Of a DNA stretch of 64,000 nt, positions 1 to 15,000 are shown in pieces. Both the position numbers and the translations under genes were made by a program. Every line of letters begins with the position of its first letter. Positions within the stretch are counted from its first letter, which is position 1. The stretch lies in the NCBI GenBank assembly GCA_964016885.1, contig OZ024757.1, positions 248,001 through 312,000 on the forward strand. Direction: 5' to 3'. The notes beneath the pieces were generated by a model. It did not search any database, was not told where the DNA came from, and saw only the letters and a program-made list of their open reading frames with translations. This DNA is from Eledone cirrhosa. Lineage: Eukaryota.

Positions 1-3000
1 TACTAGGGTGAGATAGTGACATTGGGGTGAAGACAATAGCTACTAGGGTGAGATAGTGACATTGGGGTGAAGACAATAGCTACTAGGGTGAGATAGTGAC
101 ATTGGGGCGAAGACAATAGCTACTAGGGTGAGGTAGTGACATTGGGGTGGAGACAATAGCTACTAGGGTGAGATAGTGACATTAGGGTGAAGACAATAGC
201 TACTAGGGTGAGATAGTGACATTGGGGTGAAGACAATAGCTACTAGGGTGAGATAGTGACATTCGGGTGAAGACAGTAGCTACTAGGGTGAAGACAATAG
301 CTACTAGGGTGAGGTAGTGACATTGGGGTGGAGACAATAGCTACTAGGGTGAAGACAGTAGCTACTAGGGTGAAGACAATAGCTACTAGGGTGAGGTAGT
401 GACATTGGGGTGGAGACAATAGCTACTAGGGTGAGATATTGACATTGGGGTGAGGACAATAGCTACTAGGGTGAGATAGTAACAGTGGGTTGAAGACAAT
501 AGCTACTAGGGTGAGATAGTGACATTGGGGTGAAGACTGAAGCTACTAGGCTGAGATAGTGACATTGGGGTGAAGACAGTAACTACTAGGGTGAGATAGT
601 GACATTGGGGTAAAAACAATAGCTACTAGGGTGAGATAGTGACATTGGGGTGAAGACAGTAGCTACTAAGGTGAGATAGTGACATTGGGGTGAAAACAAT
701 AGCTACTAGGGTGAGATAGTGACATTGGGTTGACGACAATAGCTACTAGGGTGAGATAGTGACGTTGGGTAAAGACAAATGCTACTATGGTGCGATAGTG
801 ACATTGAGGTGAAAACAATAGCTACTTGGGTGAGATAGTGACATTGGGATGAAGACAATAGCTACTAGGGTGAGATGGTGACATTGGGGTGAAGACAATA
901 GCTACTAGGGTGAGATGGTGACATTGGGGTGAAGACAATAGCTACTAGGGTGAGATAGTAATATTGGGGTGAAGACAATAGCTACAAGGGTGAGATAGTG
1001 ACATTGGGGTGAAGTCAATAGCTACTAGGGTGAGATAGAGACATTGGGGTGAAGACAATAGCTACTAGGGTGAGATAGTGACATTGGGGTGAAAACAATA
1101 GCTACGAGGGTGCGATAGTGACATTGGGGTGAAGACAATAGCTACTAGGGTGAGCTAGTGACATTGGGGTGAAGACAGTAGCTACTAGGGTGAGATAGTG
1201 ACATTGTAGTGGAGACAGAAGCTACTAAGGTGAGATAGTGACATTGGGGTGAAGACAATAGCTACTAGGGTGAGCTAGTGACATTGGGGTGAAGACAGAA
1301 GCTACTAAGGTGAGATAGTGACATTGGGGTGAAAACAGTAGCTACTAGGGTGAGATAGTGACATTGGAGTGAAGACAAATGCTACAATGGTGCGATAGTG
1401 ACATTGGGGTGAAAACAATAGCTACTAGGGTGAGATAGTGACATTGGGATGAAGACAGTAGCTACTAGGGTGAGATAGTGACATTGGAGTGGAGACAGAA
1501 GCTACTAAGGTGAGATAGTGATATTGGGGTGAAGACAATAGCTACTAGGGTGAGGTAGTGACATTGGGGTGAAGACAGTAGCTACTAGGGTGAGATAGTG
1601 ACATTGGGGTGAAGACAGAAGCTACTAAGGTGAGATAGTGATATTGGGGTGAAGACAATAGCTACTAGGTTGAGGTAGTGACATTGGGGTGAAGACAGTA
1701 GCTACTAGGGTGAGATAGTGACATTGGGGTGAAGACAATAGCTACTAGGGTGAGGTAGTGACATTGGGGTGGAGACAATAGCTACTAGGGTGAGATAGTG
1801 ACATTGGGGTGAAGACAATAGCTACTAGGGTGAGATAGTGACATTGGGGTGAAGACAATAGCTACTAGGTTGAGGTAGTGACATTGGGGTGGAGACAATA
1901 GCTACTAGGGTGAGATAGTGACATTGGGATGAAGACAATACCTACTAGGGGAAGATAGTTACATATGGGTGAAGACAGTAGCTACTAGGGTGAGATAGGG
2001 ACATTGGAGTGGAGACGGAAGCTACTAAGGTGAGATAGTGATATTGGGGTGAAGACAATAGCTACTAGGGTGAGATAGTGACATTGGGGTGAAGACAGAA
2101 GCTACTAAGGTGAGATAGTGATATTGGGGTGAAGACAATAGCTATTAGGGTGCGATAGTGACATTGGGGTAAAGACAGTAGCTACTAGGGTGAGATAGTG
2201 ACATTGGGGTGGAGAGAGTAGCTACTAGGGTGAGATAGTGACATTGGGGTGAAGATAGTAGCTACTAGGGTGAGATAGGGACATTAGGTTGAGGTAGTGA
2301 CATTGGGGTGGAGACAATAGCTACTAGGGTGAGATAGTGACATTGGGGTGAAGACAGTAACTACTAGGGTGAGATAGTGACATTGGGGTAAAAACAATAG
2401 CTACTAGGGTGAGATAGTGACATTGGGTTGACGACAATAGCTACTAGGGTGAGATAGTGACGTTGGGTGAAGACAAATGCCACTATGGTGCGATAGTGAC
2501 ATTGGGGTGAAAACAATAGCTACTTGGGTGAGATAATGACATTGGGATGAAGACAGTAGCTACTAGGGTCAGATAGTGACATTGGAGTGGAGACAGAAGC
2601 TACTAAGATGAGATAGTGATATTGGGGTGAAGACAATAGCTACTAGGGTGCGATAGTGACGTTGGGGTGAAGACAATAGCTACTAGGGTGAGATAGTGAC
2701 ATTGGGGTGAAGACAGTAGCTACTAGGGTGAGATAGTGACATTGGGGTGAAGACAATAGCTACTAGGGTGAGATAGTGACATTGGGGTGAAGACAATAGC
2801 TACTAGGGTGAGATAGTGACATTGGGGTGAAGACAATAGCTACTAGGGTGAGATAGTGACATTGGGGTGAAGACAATAGCTACTAGGGTGAGATAGTGAC
2901 ATTGGGGTGAAGACAATAGCTACTAGGTTGAGGTAGTGACATTGGGGTGGAGACAATAGCTACTAGGGTGAGATAGTGACATTGGGGTGAAGACAATAGC

Positions 3001-6000
3001 TACTAGGGTGAGATAGTGACATTGGGGTGAATACAATAGCTACTAGGGTGAGGTAGTGAACTTAGGGTGAAGACAGTAGCTACTAGGGTGAGATAGTGAC
3101 ATTGGGGTGAAGACAGTAACTACTAGGGTGAGATAGTGAACTTAGGGTGAAGACAGTAGCTACTAGGGTGAGATAGTGACATTGGGGTGAAGACAGTAAC
3201 TACTAGAGTGAGATAGTGACATTGGGGTAAAAACAATAGCTACTAGGGTGAGGTAGTGACATTGGGTTGACGACAATAGCTACTAGGGTGAGATAGTGAC
3301 GTTGGGTGAAGACAAATGCTACTATGGTGCGATAGTGACATTGGGGTGAAAACAATAGCTACTTGGGTGAGATAGTGACGTTGGGATGAAGACAGTAGCT
3401 ACTAGGGTCAGATAGTGACATTGGAGTGGAGACAGAAGCTACTAAGGTGAGATAGTGACATTGAGGTGAAGACAATAGCTACTAGGGTGAGATAGTGACA
3501 TTGGGGTGAAGACAGAAGCTACTAAGGTGAGATAGTGATATTGGGGTGAAGACAATAGCTACTAGGGTGCGATAGTGACGTTGGGGTGAAGACAATAGCT
3601 ACTAGGGTGAGATAGTGACATTGGGGTGAAGACAGTAGCTACTAGGGTGAGATAGTGACATTGGGGTGAAGACAATAGCTACTAGGGTGAGGTAGTGACA
3701 TTGGGGTGGAGACAATAGCTAGTAGGGTGAGATAGTGACATTGGGGTGAAGACAATAGCTACTAGGGTGAGATAGTGACATTGGGGTGAAGACAATAGCT
3801 ACTAGGTTGAGGTAGTGACATTGGGGTGGAGACAATAGCTACTAGGGTGAGATAGTGACATTGGGGTGAAGACAATAGCTACTAGGGTGAGATAGTGACA
3901 TTGGGGTGAATACAATAGCTACTAGGGTGAGGTAGTGAACTTAGGGTGAAGACAGTAGCTACTAGGGTGAGATAGTGACATTGGGGTGAAGACAGTAACT
4001 ACTAGGGTGAGATAGTGAACTTAGGGTGAAGACAGTAGCTACTAGGGTGAGATAGTGACATTGGGGTGAAGACAGTAACTACTACAGTGAGATAGTGACA
4101 TTGGGGTAAAAACAATAGCTACTAGGGTGAGATAGTGACATTGGGTTGACGACAATAGCTACTAGGGTGAGATAGTGACGTTGGGTGAAGACAAATGCTA
4201 CTATGGTGCGATAGTGACATTGGGGTGAAAACAATAGCTACTTGGGTGAGATAGTGACGTTGGGATGAAGACAGTAGCTACTAGGGTCAGATAGTGACAT
4301 TGGAGTGGAGACAGAAGCTACTAAGGTGAGATAGTGACATTGAGGTGAAGACAATAGCTACTAGGGTGAGATAGTGACATTGGGGTGAAGACAGAAGCTA
4401 CTAAGGTGAGATAGTGATATTGGGGTGAAGACAATAGCTACTAGGGTGCGATAGTGACGTTGGGGTGAAGACAATAGCTACTAGGGTGAGATAGTGACAT
4501 TGGGGTGAAGACAGTAGCTACTAGGGTGAGATAGTGACATTGGGGTGAAGACAATAGCTACTAGGGTGAGGTAGTGACATTGGGGTGGAGACAATAGCTA
4601 CTAGGGTGAGATAGTGACATTGGGGTGAAGACAATAGCTACTAGGGTGAGATAGTGACATTGGGGTGAAGACAATAGCTACTAGGTTGAGGTAGTGACAT
4701 TGGGGTGTAGACAATAGCTACTAGGGTGAGATAGTGACATTGGGGTGAAGACAATAGCTACTAGGGTGAGATAGTGACATTGGGGTGAAGACAATAGCTA
4801 CTAGGGTGAGATAGTGACATTGGGGCGAAGACAATAGCTACTAGGGTGAGGTAGTGACATTGGGGTGGAGACAATAGCTACTAGGGTGAGATAGTGACAT
4901 TAGGGTGAAGACAATAGCTACTAGGGTGAGATAGTGACATTGGGGTGAAGACAATAGCTACTAGGGTGAGATAGTGACATTGGGGTGAAGACAATAGCTA
5001 CTAGGGTGAGGTAGTGACATTGGGGTGGAGACAATAGCTACTAGGGTGAGATAGTGACATTGGGGTGAAGACAGTAGCTACTAGGGTGAAGACAATAGCT
5101 ACTAGGGTGAGGTAGTGACATTGGGGTGGAGACAATAGCTACTAGGGTGAGATAGTGACATTGGGGTGAGGACAATAGCTACTAGGGTGAGATAGTGACA
5201 GTGGGTTGAAGACAATAGCTACTAGGGTGAGATAGTGACATTGGGGTGAAGACAGTGGCTACTAGGCTGAGATAGTGACATTGGGGTGAAGACAGTAACT
5301 ACTAGGGTGAGATAGTGACATTGGGGTAAAAACAATAGCTACTAGGGTGAGATAGTGACATTGGGGTGAAGACAGTAGCTACTAAGGTGAGATAGTGACA
5401 TTGGGGTGAAAACAATAGCTACTAGGGTGAGATAGTGACATTGGGTTGACGACAATAGCTACTAGGGTGAGATAGTGACGTTGGGTAAAGACAAATGCTA
5501 CTATGGTGCGATAGTGACATTGAGGTGAAAACAATAGCTACTTGGGTGAGATAGTGACATTGGGATGAAGACAATAGCTACTAGGGTGAGATGGTGACAT
5601 TGGGGTGAAGACAATAGCTACTAGGGTGAGATGGTGACATTGGGGTGAAGACAATAGCTACTAGGGTGAGATAGTGACATTGGGGTGAAAACAATAGCTA
5701 CGAGGGTGCGATAGTGACATTGGGGTGAAGACAATAGATACTAGGGTGAGATAGTGACATTGGGGTGAAGACAGTAGCTACTAGGGTGAGATAGTGACAT
5801 TGTACTGGAGACAGAAGCTACTAAGGTGAGATAGTGACATTGGGGTGAAGACAATAGCTACTAGGGTGAGCTAGTGACATTGGGGTGAAGACAGAAGCTA
5901 CTAAGGTGAGATAGTGACATTGGGGTGAAAACAGTAGCTACTAGGGTGAGATAGTGACATTGGGTTGACGACAATAGCTACTAGGGTGAGATAGTGACAT

Positions 6001-9000
6001 TGGAGTGAAGACAAATGCTACAATGGTGCGATAGTGACATTGGGGTGAAAACAATAGCTACTAGGGTGAGATAGTGACATTGGGATGAAGACAGTAGCTA
6101 CTAGGGTGAGATAGTGACATTGGAGTGGAGACAGAAGCTACTAAGGTGAGATAGTGATATTGGGGTGAAGACAATAGCTACTAGGGTGAGGTAGTGACAT
6201 TGGGGTGAAGACAGTAGCTACTAGGGTGAGATAGTGACATTGGGGTGAAGACAGAAGCTACTAAGGTGAGATAGTGATATTGGGGTGAAGACAATAGCTA
6301 CTAGGTTGAGGTAGTGACATTGGGGTGAAGACAGTAGCTACTAGGGTGAGATAGTGACATTGGGGTGAAGACAATAGCTACTAGGGTGAGGTAGTGACAT
6401 TGGGGTGGAGACAATAGCTACTAGGGTGAGATAGTGACATTGGGGTGAAGACAATAGCTACTAGGGTGAGATAGTGACATTGGGGTGAAGACAATAGCTA
6501 CTAGGTTGAGGTAGTGACATTGGGGTGGAGACAATAGCTACTAGGGTGCGATAGTGACATTGGGGTGAAAACAATAGCTACTTGGGTGAGATAGTGACGT
6601 TGGGATGAAGACAGTAGCTACTAGGGTCAGATAGTGACATTGAAGTGGAGACAGAAGGTACTAAGGTGAGATAGTGACATTGAGGTGAAGACAATAGCTA
6701 CTAGGGTGAGATAGTGACATTGGGGTGAAGACAATAGCTACTAGGGTGCGATAGTGACGTTGGGGTGAAGACAATAGCTACTAGGGTGAGATAGTGACAT
6801 TGGGGTGAAGACAGTAGCTACTAGGGTGAGATAGTGACATTGGGGTGAAGACAATAGCTACTAGGGTGAGGTAGTGACATTGGGGTGGAGACAATAGCTA
6901 GTAGGGTGAGATAGTGACATTGGGGTGAAGACAATAGCTACTAGGGTGAGATAGTGACATTGGGGTGAAAACAATAGCTACTAGGTTGAGGTAGTGACAT
7001 TGGGGTGGAGACAATAGCTACTAGGTTGAGGTAGTGACATTGGGGTGTAGACAATAGCTACTAGGGTGAGATAGTGACATTGGGGTGAAGACAATAGCTA
7101 CTAGGGTGAGATAGTGACATTGGGGCGAAGACAATAGCTACTAGGGTGAGGTAGTGACATTGGGGTGGAGACAATAGCTACTAGGGTGAGATAGTGACAT
7201 TAGGGTGAAGACAATAGCTACTAGGGTGAGATAGTGACATTGGGGTGAAGACAATAGCTACTAGGGTGAGATAGTGACATTGGGGTGAAGACAGTAGCTA
7301 CTAGGGTGAAGACAATAGCTACTAGGGTGAGGTAGTGACATTGGGGTGGAGACAATAGCTACTAGGGTGAGATAGTGACATTGGGGTGAAGACAGTAGCT
7401 ACTAGGGTGAAGACAATAGCTACTAGGGTGAGGTAGTGACATTGGGGTGGAGACAATAGCTACTAGGGTGAGATAGTGACATTGGGGTGAGGACAATAGC
7501 TACTAGGGTGAGATAGTGACAGTGGGTTGAAGACAATAGCTACTAGGGTGAGATAGTGACATTGGGGTGAAGACAGTGGCTACTAGGCTGAGATAGTGAC
7601 ATTGGGGTGAAGACAGTAGCTACTAAGGTGAGATAGTGACATTGGGGTGAAAACAATAGCTACTAGGGTGAGATAGTGACATTGGGTTGACGACAATAGC
7701 TACTAGGGTGAGATAGTGACGTTGGGTAAAGACAAATGCTACTATGGTGCGATAGTGACATTGAGGTGAAAACAATAGCTACTTGGGTGAGATAGTGACA
7801 TTGGGATGAAGACAATAGCTACTAGGGTGAGATGGTGACATTGGGGTGAAGACAATAGCTACTAGGGTGAGATGGTGACATTGGGGTGAAGACAATAGCT
7901 ACTAGGGTGAGATAGTGATATTGGGGTGAAGACAATAGCTACAAGGGTGAGATAGTGACATTGGGGTGAAGTCAATAGCTACTAGGGTGAGATAGAGACA
8001 TTGGGGTGAAGACAATAGCTACTAGGGTGAGATAGTGACATTGGGGTGAAAACAATAGCTACGAGGGTGCGATAGTGACATTGGGGTGAAGACAATAGAT
8101 ACTAGGGTGAGATAGTGACATTGGGGTGAAGACAGTAGCTACTAGGGTGAGATAGTGACATTGTACTGGAGACAGAAGCTACTAAGGTGAGATAGTGACA
8201 TTGGGGTGAAGACAATAGCTACGAGGGTGAGCTAGTGACATTGGGGTGAAGACAGAAGCTACTAAGGTGAGATAGTGACATTGGGGTGAAAACAGTAGCT
8301 ACTAGGGTGAGATAGTGACATTGGGTTGACGACAATAGCTACTAGGGTGAGATAGTGACATTGGAGTGAAGACAAATGCTACAATGGTGCGATAGTGACA
8401 TTGGGGTGAAAACAATAGATACTAGGGTGAGATAGTGACATTGGGATGAAGACAGTAGCTACTAGGGTGAGATAGTGACATTGGAGTGGAGACAGAAGCT
8501 ACTAAGGTGAGATAGTGATATTGGGGTGAAGACAATAGCTACTAGGGTGAGGTAGTGACATTGGGGTGAAGACAGTAGCTACTAGGGTGAGATAGTGACA
8601 TTGGGGTGAAGACAGAAGCTACTAAGGTGAGATAGTGATATTGGGGTGAAGACAATAGCTACTAGGTTGAGGTAGTGACATTGGGGTGAAGACAGTAGCT
8701 ACTAGGGTGAGATAGTGACATTGGGGTGAAGACAATAGCTACTAGGGTGAGGTAGTGACATTGGGGTGGAGACAATAGCTACTAGGGTGAGATAGTGACA
8801 TTGGGGTGAAGACAATAGCTACTAGGGTGAGATAGTGACATTGGGGTGAAGACAATAGCTACTAGGTTGAGGTAGTGACATTGGGGTGGAGACAATAGCT
8901 ACTAGGGTGAGATAGTGACATTGGGATGAAGACAATACCTACTAGGGGAAGATAGTTACATATGGGTGAAGACAGTAGCTACTAGGGTGAGATAGGGACA

Positions 9001-12000
9001 TTGGAGTGGAGACGGAAGCTACTAAGGTGAGATAGTGATATTGGGGTGAAGACAATAGCTACTAGGGTGAGATAGTGACATTGGGGTGAAGACAGAAGCT
9101 ACTAAGGTGAGATAGTGATATTGGGGTGAAGACAATAGCTATTAGGGTGCGATAGTGACATTGGGGTAAAGACAGTAGCTACTAGGCTGAGATAGTGACA
9201 TTGGGGTGGAGAGAGTAGCTACTAGGGTGAGATAGTGACATTGGGGTGAAGATAGTAGCTACTAGGGTGAGATAGGGACATTAGGTTGAGGTAGTGACAT
9301 TGGGGTGGAGACAATAGCTACTAGGGTGAGATAGTGACATTGGGGTGAAGACAGTAACTACTAGGGTGAGATAGTGACATTGGGGTAAAAACAATAGCTA
9401 CTAGGGTGAGATAGTGACATTGGGTTGACGACAATAGCTACTAGGGTGAGATAGTGACGTTGGGTGAAGACAAATGCTACTATGGTGCGATAGTGACATT
9501 GGGGTGAAAACAATAGCTACTTGGGTGAGATAGTGACATTGGGATGAAGACAGTAGCTACTAGGGTCAGATAGTGACATTGGAGTGGAGACAGAAGCTAC
9601 TAAGGTGAGATAGTGACATTGAGGTGAAGACAATAGCTACTAGGGTGAGATAGTGACATTGGGGTGAAGACAGAAGCTACTAAGGTGAGATAGTGATATT
9701 GGGGTGAAGACAATAGCTACTAGGGTGCGATAGTGACGTTGGGGTGAAGACAATAGCTACTAGGGTGAGATAGTGACATTGGGGTGAAGACAGTAGCTAC
9801 TAGGGTGAGATAGTGATATTGGGGTGAAGACAATAGCTACTAGGGTGAGATAGTGACATTGGGGTGAAGACAATAGCTACTAGGGTGAGGTAGTGACATT
9901 GGGGTGGAGACAATAGCTAGTAGGGTGAGATAGTGACATTGGGGTGAAGACAATAGCTACTAGGGTGAGATAGTGACATTGGGGTGAAGACAATAGCTAC
10001 TAGGTTGAGGTAGTGACATTGGGGTGGAGACAATAGCTACTAGGGTGAGATAGTGACATTGGGGTGAAGACAATAGCTACTAGGGTGAGATAGTGACATT
10101 GGGGTGAAGACAATAGCTACTAGGGTGAGATAGTGACATTGGGGTGAAGACAGTAGCTACTAGGGTGAAGACAATAGCTACTAGGGTGAGGTAGTGACAT
10201 TGGGGTGGAGACAATAGCTACTAGGGTGAGATAGTGACATTGGGGTGAAGACAGTAGCTACTAGGGTGAAGACAATAGCTACTAGGGTGAGGTAGTGACA
10301 TTGGGTTGGAGACAATAGCTACTAGGGTGAGATAGTGACATTGGGGTGAGGACAATAGCTACTAGGGTGAGATAGTGACAGTGGGTTGAAGACAATAGCT
10401 ACTAGGGTGAGATAGTGACATTGGGGTGAAGACAGTAGCTACTAGGCTGAGATAGTGACATTGGGGTGAAGACAGTAACTACTAGGGTGAGATAGTGACA
10501 TTGGGGTAAAAACAATAGCTACTAGGGTGAGATAGTGACATTGGGGTGAAGACAGTAGCTACTAAGGTGAGATAGTGACATTGGGGTGAAAACAATAGCT
10601 ACTAGGGTGAGATAGTGACATTGGGTTGACGACAATAGCTACTAGGGTGAGATAGTGACGTTGGGTAAAGACAAATGCTACTATGGTGCGATAGTGACAT
10701 TGAGGTGAAAACAATAGCTACTTGGGTGAGATAGTGACATTGGGATGAAGACAATAGCTACTAGGGTGAGATGGTGACATTGGGGTGAAGACAATAGCTA
10801 CTAGGGTGAGATAGTGATATTGGGGTGAAGACAATAGCTACAAGGGTGAGATAGTGACATTGGGGTGAAGTCAATAGCTACTAGGGTGAGATAGAGACAT
10901 TGGGGTGAAGACAATAGCTACTAGGGTGAGATAGTGACATTGGGGTGAAAACAATAGCTACGAGGGTGCGATAGTGACATTGGGGTGAAGACAATAGATA
11001 CTAGGGTGAGATAGTGACATTGGGGTGAAGACAGTAGCTACTAGGGTGAGATAGTGACATTGTAGTGGAGACAGAAGCTACTAAGGTGAGATAGTGACAT
11101 TGAGGTGAAGACAATAGCTACTAGGGTGAGCTAGTGACATTGGGGTGAAGACAGAAGCTACTAAGGTGAGATAGTGACATTGGGGTGAAAACAGTAGCTA
11201 CTAGGGTGAGATAGTGACATTGGGTTGACGACAATAGCTACTAGGGTGAGATAGTGACATTGGAGTGAAGACAAATGCTACAATGGTGCGATAGTGACAT
11301 TGGGGTGAAAACAATAGCTACTAGGGTGAGATAGTGATATTGGGGTGAAGACAATAGCTACTAGGGTGAGATAGTGACATTGGGGTGAAGACAGAAGCTA
11401 CTAAGGTGAGATAGTGATATTGGGGTGAAGACAATAGCTACTAGGTTGAGGTAGTGACATTGGGGTGAAGACAGTAGCTACTAGGGTGAGATAGTGACAT
11501 TGGGGTGAAGACAATAGCTACAAGGGTCAGGTAGTGACATTGGGGTGGAGACAATAGCTACTACGGTGAGATAGTGACATTGGGGTGAAGACAATAGCTA
11601 CTAGGGTGAGATAGTGACATTGGGGTGAAGACAATAGCTACTAGGTTGAGGTAGTGACATTGGGGTGGAGACAATAGCTACTAGGGTGAGATAGTGACAT
11701 TGGGATGAAGACAATACCTACTAGGGGAAGATAGTTACATATGGGTGAAGACAGTAGCTACTAGGGTGAGATAGGGACATTGGAGTGGAGACGGAAGCTA
11801 CTAAGGTGAGATAGTGATATTGGGGTGAAGACAATAGCTACTAGGGTGAGATAGTGACATTGGGGTGAAGACAGAAGCTACTAAGGTGAGATAGTGATAT
11901 TGGGGTGAAGAAAATAGCTATTAGGGTGCGATAGTGACATTGGGGTAAAGACAGTAGCTACTAGGGTGAGATAGTGACATTGGGGTGGAGAGAGTAGCTA

Positions 12001-15000
12001 CTAGGGTGAGATAGTGACATTGGGGTGAAGATAGTAGCTACTAGGGTGAGATAGGGACATTAGGTTGAGGTAGTGACATTGGGGTGGAGACAATAGCTAC
12101 TAGGGTGAGATAGTGACATTGGGGTGAAGACAGTAACTACTAGGGTGAGATAGTGACATTGGGGTAAAAACAATAGCTACTAGGGTGAGATAGTGATATT
12201 GGGGTGAAGACAATAGCTACTAGGGTGAGATAGTGACATTGGGGTGAAGACAGAAGCTACTAAGGTGAGATAGTGATATTGGGGTGAAGACAATAGCTAC
12301 TAGGTTGAGGTAGTGACATTGGGGTGGAGACAATAGCTACTAGGGTGAGATAGTGACATTGGGGTGAAGACAGTAACTACTAGGGTGAGATAGTGACATT
12401 GGGGTAAAAACAATAGCTACTAGGGTGAGATAGTGACATTGGGTTGACGACAATAGCTACTAGGGTGAGATAGTGACGTTGGGTGAAGACAAATGCTACT
12501 ATGGTGCGATAGTGACATTGGGGTGAAAACAATAGCTACTTGGGTGAGATAGTGACATTGGGATGAAGACAGTAGCTACTAGGGTCAGATAGTGACATTG
12601 GAGTGGAGACAGAAGCTACTAAGGTGAGATAGTGACATTGAGGTGAAGACAATAGCTACTAGGGTGAGATAGTGACATTGGGGTGAAGACAGAAGCTACT
12701 AAGGTGAGATAGTGATATTGGGGTGAAGACAATAGCTACTAGGGTGCGATAGTGACGTTGGGGTGAAGACAATAGCTACTAGGGTGAGATAGTGACATTG
12801 GGGTGAAGACAGTAGCTACTAGGGTGAGATAGTGACATTGGGGTGAAGACAATAGCTACTAGGGTGAGGTAGTGACATTGGGGTGGAGACAATAGCTAGT
12901 AGGGTGAGATAGTGACATTGGGGTGAAGACAATAGCTACTAGGGTGAGATAGTGACATTGGGGTGAAGACAATAGGTACTAGGTTGAGGTAGTGACATTG
13001 GGGTAGAGACAATAGCTACTAGGGTGAGATAGTGACATTGGGGTGAAGACAATAGCTACTAGGGTGAGATAGTGACATTGGGGTGAAGACAATAGCTACT
13101 AGGGTGAGATAGTGACATTGGGGTGAAGACAGTAGCTACTAGGGTGAGATAGTGACATTGGGGCGAAGACAGTAGCTACTAGAGTGAGGTAGTGACATTG
13201 GGGTGGAGACAATAGCTACTAGGGTGAGATAGTGACATTAGGGTGAAGACAATAGCTACTAGGGTGAGATAGTGACATTGGGGTGAAGACAATAGCTACT
13301 AGGGTGAGATAGTGACATTGGGGTGAAGACAGTAGCTACTAGGGTGAAGACAATAGCTACTAGGGTGAGGTAGTGACATTGGGGTGAAGACAATAGCTAC
13401 TAGGGTGAGATAGTGACATTGGGGTGAAGACTGTAGCTACTAGGGTGAAGTCAATAGCTACTAGGGTGAGATGGTGACATTGGGGTGAAGACAATAGCTA
13501 CTAGGGTGAGATAGTGATATTGGGGTGAAGACAATAGCTACAAGGGTGAGATAGTGACATTGGGGTGAAGTCAATAGCTACTAGGGTGAGATAGAGACAT
13601 TGGGGTGAAGACAATAGCTACTAGGGTGAGATAGTGACATTGGGGTGAAAACAATAGCTACGAGGGTGCGATAGTGACATTGGGGTGAAGACAATAGATA
13701 CTAGGGTGAGATAGTGACATTGGGGTGAAGACAGTAGCTACTAGGGTGAGATAGTGACATTGTAGTGGAGACAGAAGCTACTAAGGTGAGATAGTGACAT
13801 TGGGGTGAAGACAATAGCTACTAGGGTGAGCTAGTGACATTGGGGTGAAGACAGAAGCTACTAAGGTGAGATAGTGACATTGGGGTGAAAACAATAGCTA
13901 CTAGGGTGAGATAGTGACATTGGGTTGACGACAATAGCTACTAGGGTGAGATAGTGACATTGGAGTGAAGACAAATGCTACAATGGTGCGATAGTGACAT
14001 TGGGGTGAAAACAATAGCTACTAGGGTGAGATAGTGACATTGGGATGAAGACAGTAGCTACTAGGGTGAGATAGTGACATTGGAGTGGAGACAGAAGCTA
14101 CTAAGGTAAGATAGTGATATTGGGGTGAAGACAATAGCTACTAGGGTGAGGTAGTGACATTGGGGTGAAGACAGTAGCTACTAGGGTGAGATAGTGACAT
14201 TGGGGTGAAGACAGAAGCTACTAAGGTGAGATAGTGATATTGGGGTGAAGACAATAGCTACTAGGGTGAGATAGTGAACTTAGGGTGAAGACAGTAGCTA
14301 CTAGGGTGAGATAGTGACATTGGGGTGAAGACAGTAACTACTAGGGTGAGATAGTGACATTGGGGTGAAGACAATAGCTACTAGGGTGAGATAGTGAACT
14401 TAGGGTGAAGACAGTAGCTACTAGGGTGAGATAGTGACATTGGGGTGAAGACAGTAACTACTAGGGTGAGATAGTGACATTGGGGTAAAAACAATAGCTA
14501 CTAGGGTGAGATAGTGACATTGGGGTGAAGACAGTAGCTACTAAGGTGAGATAGTGACATTGGGGTGAAAACAATAGCTACTAGGGTGAGATAGTGACGT
14601 TGGGTTGACGACAATAGCTACTAGGGTGAGATAGTGACGTTGGGTAAAGACAAATGCTACTATGGTGCGATAGTGACATTGGGGTGAAAACAATAGCTAC
14701 TTGGGTGAGATAGTGACATTGAGATGAAGACAATAGCTACTAGGGTGAGATGGTGACATTGGGGTGAAGACAATAGCTACTAGGGTGAGATGGTGACATT
14801 GGGGTGAAGACAATAGCTACTAGGGTGAGATAGTGATATTGGGGTGAAGACAATAGCTACAAGGGTGAGATAGTGACATTGGGGTGAAGTCAATAGCTAC
14901 TAGGGTGAGATAGAGACATTGGGGTGAAGACAATAGCTACTAGGGTGAGATAGTGACATTGGGGTGAAAACAATAGCTACGAGGGTGCGATAGTGACATT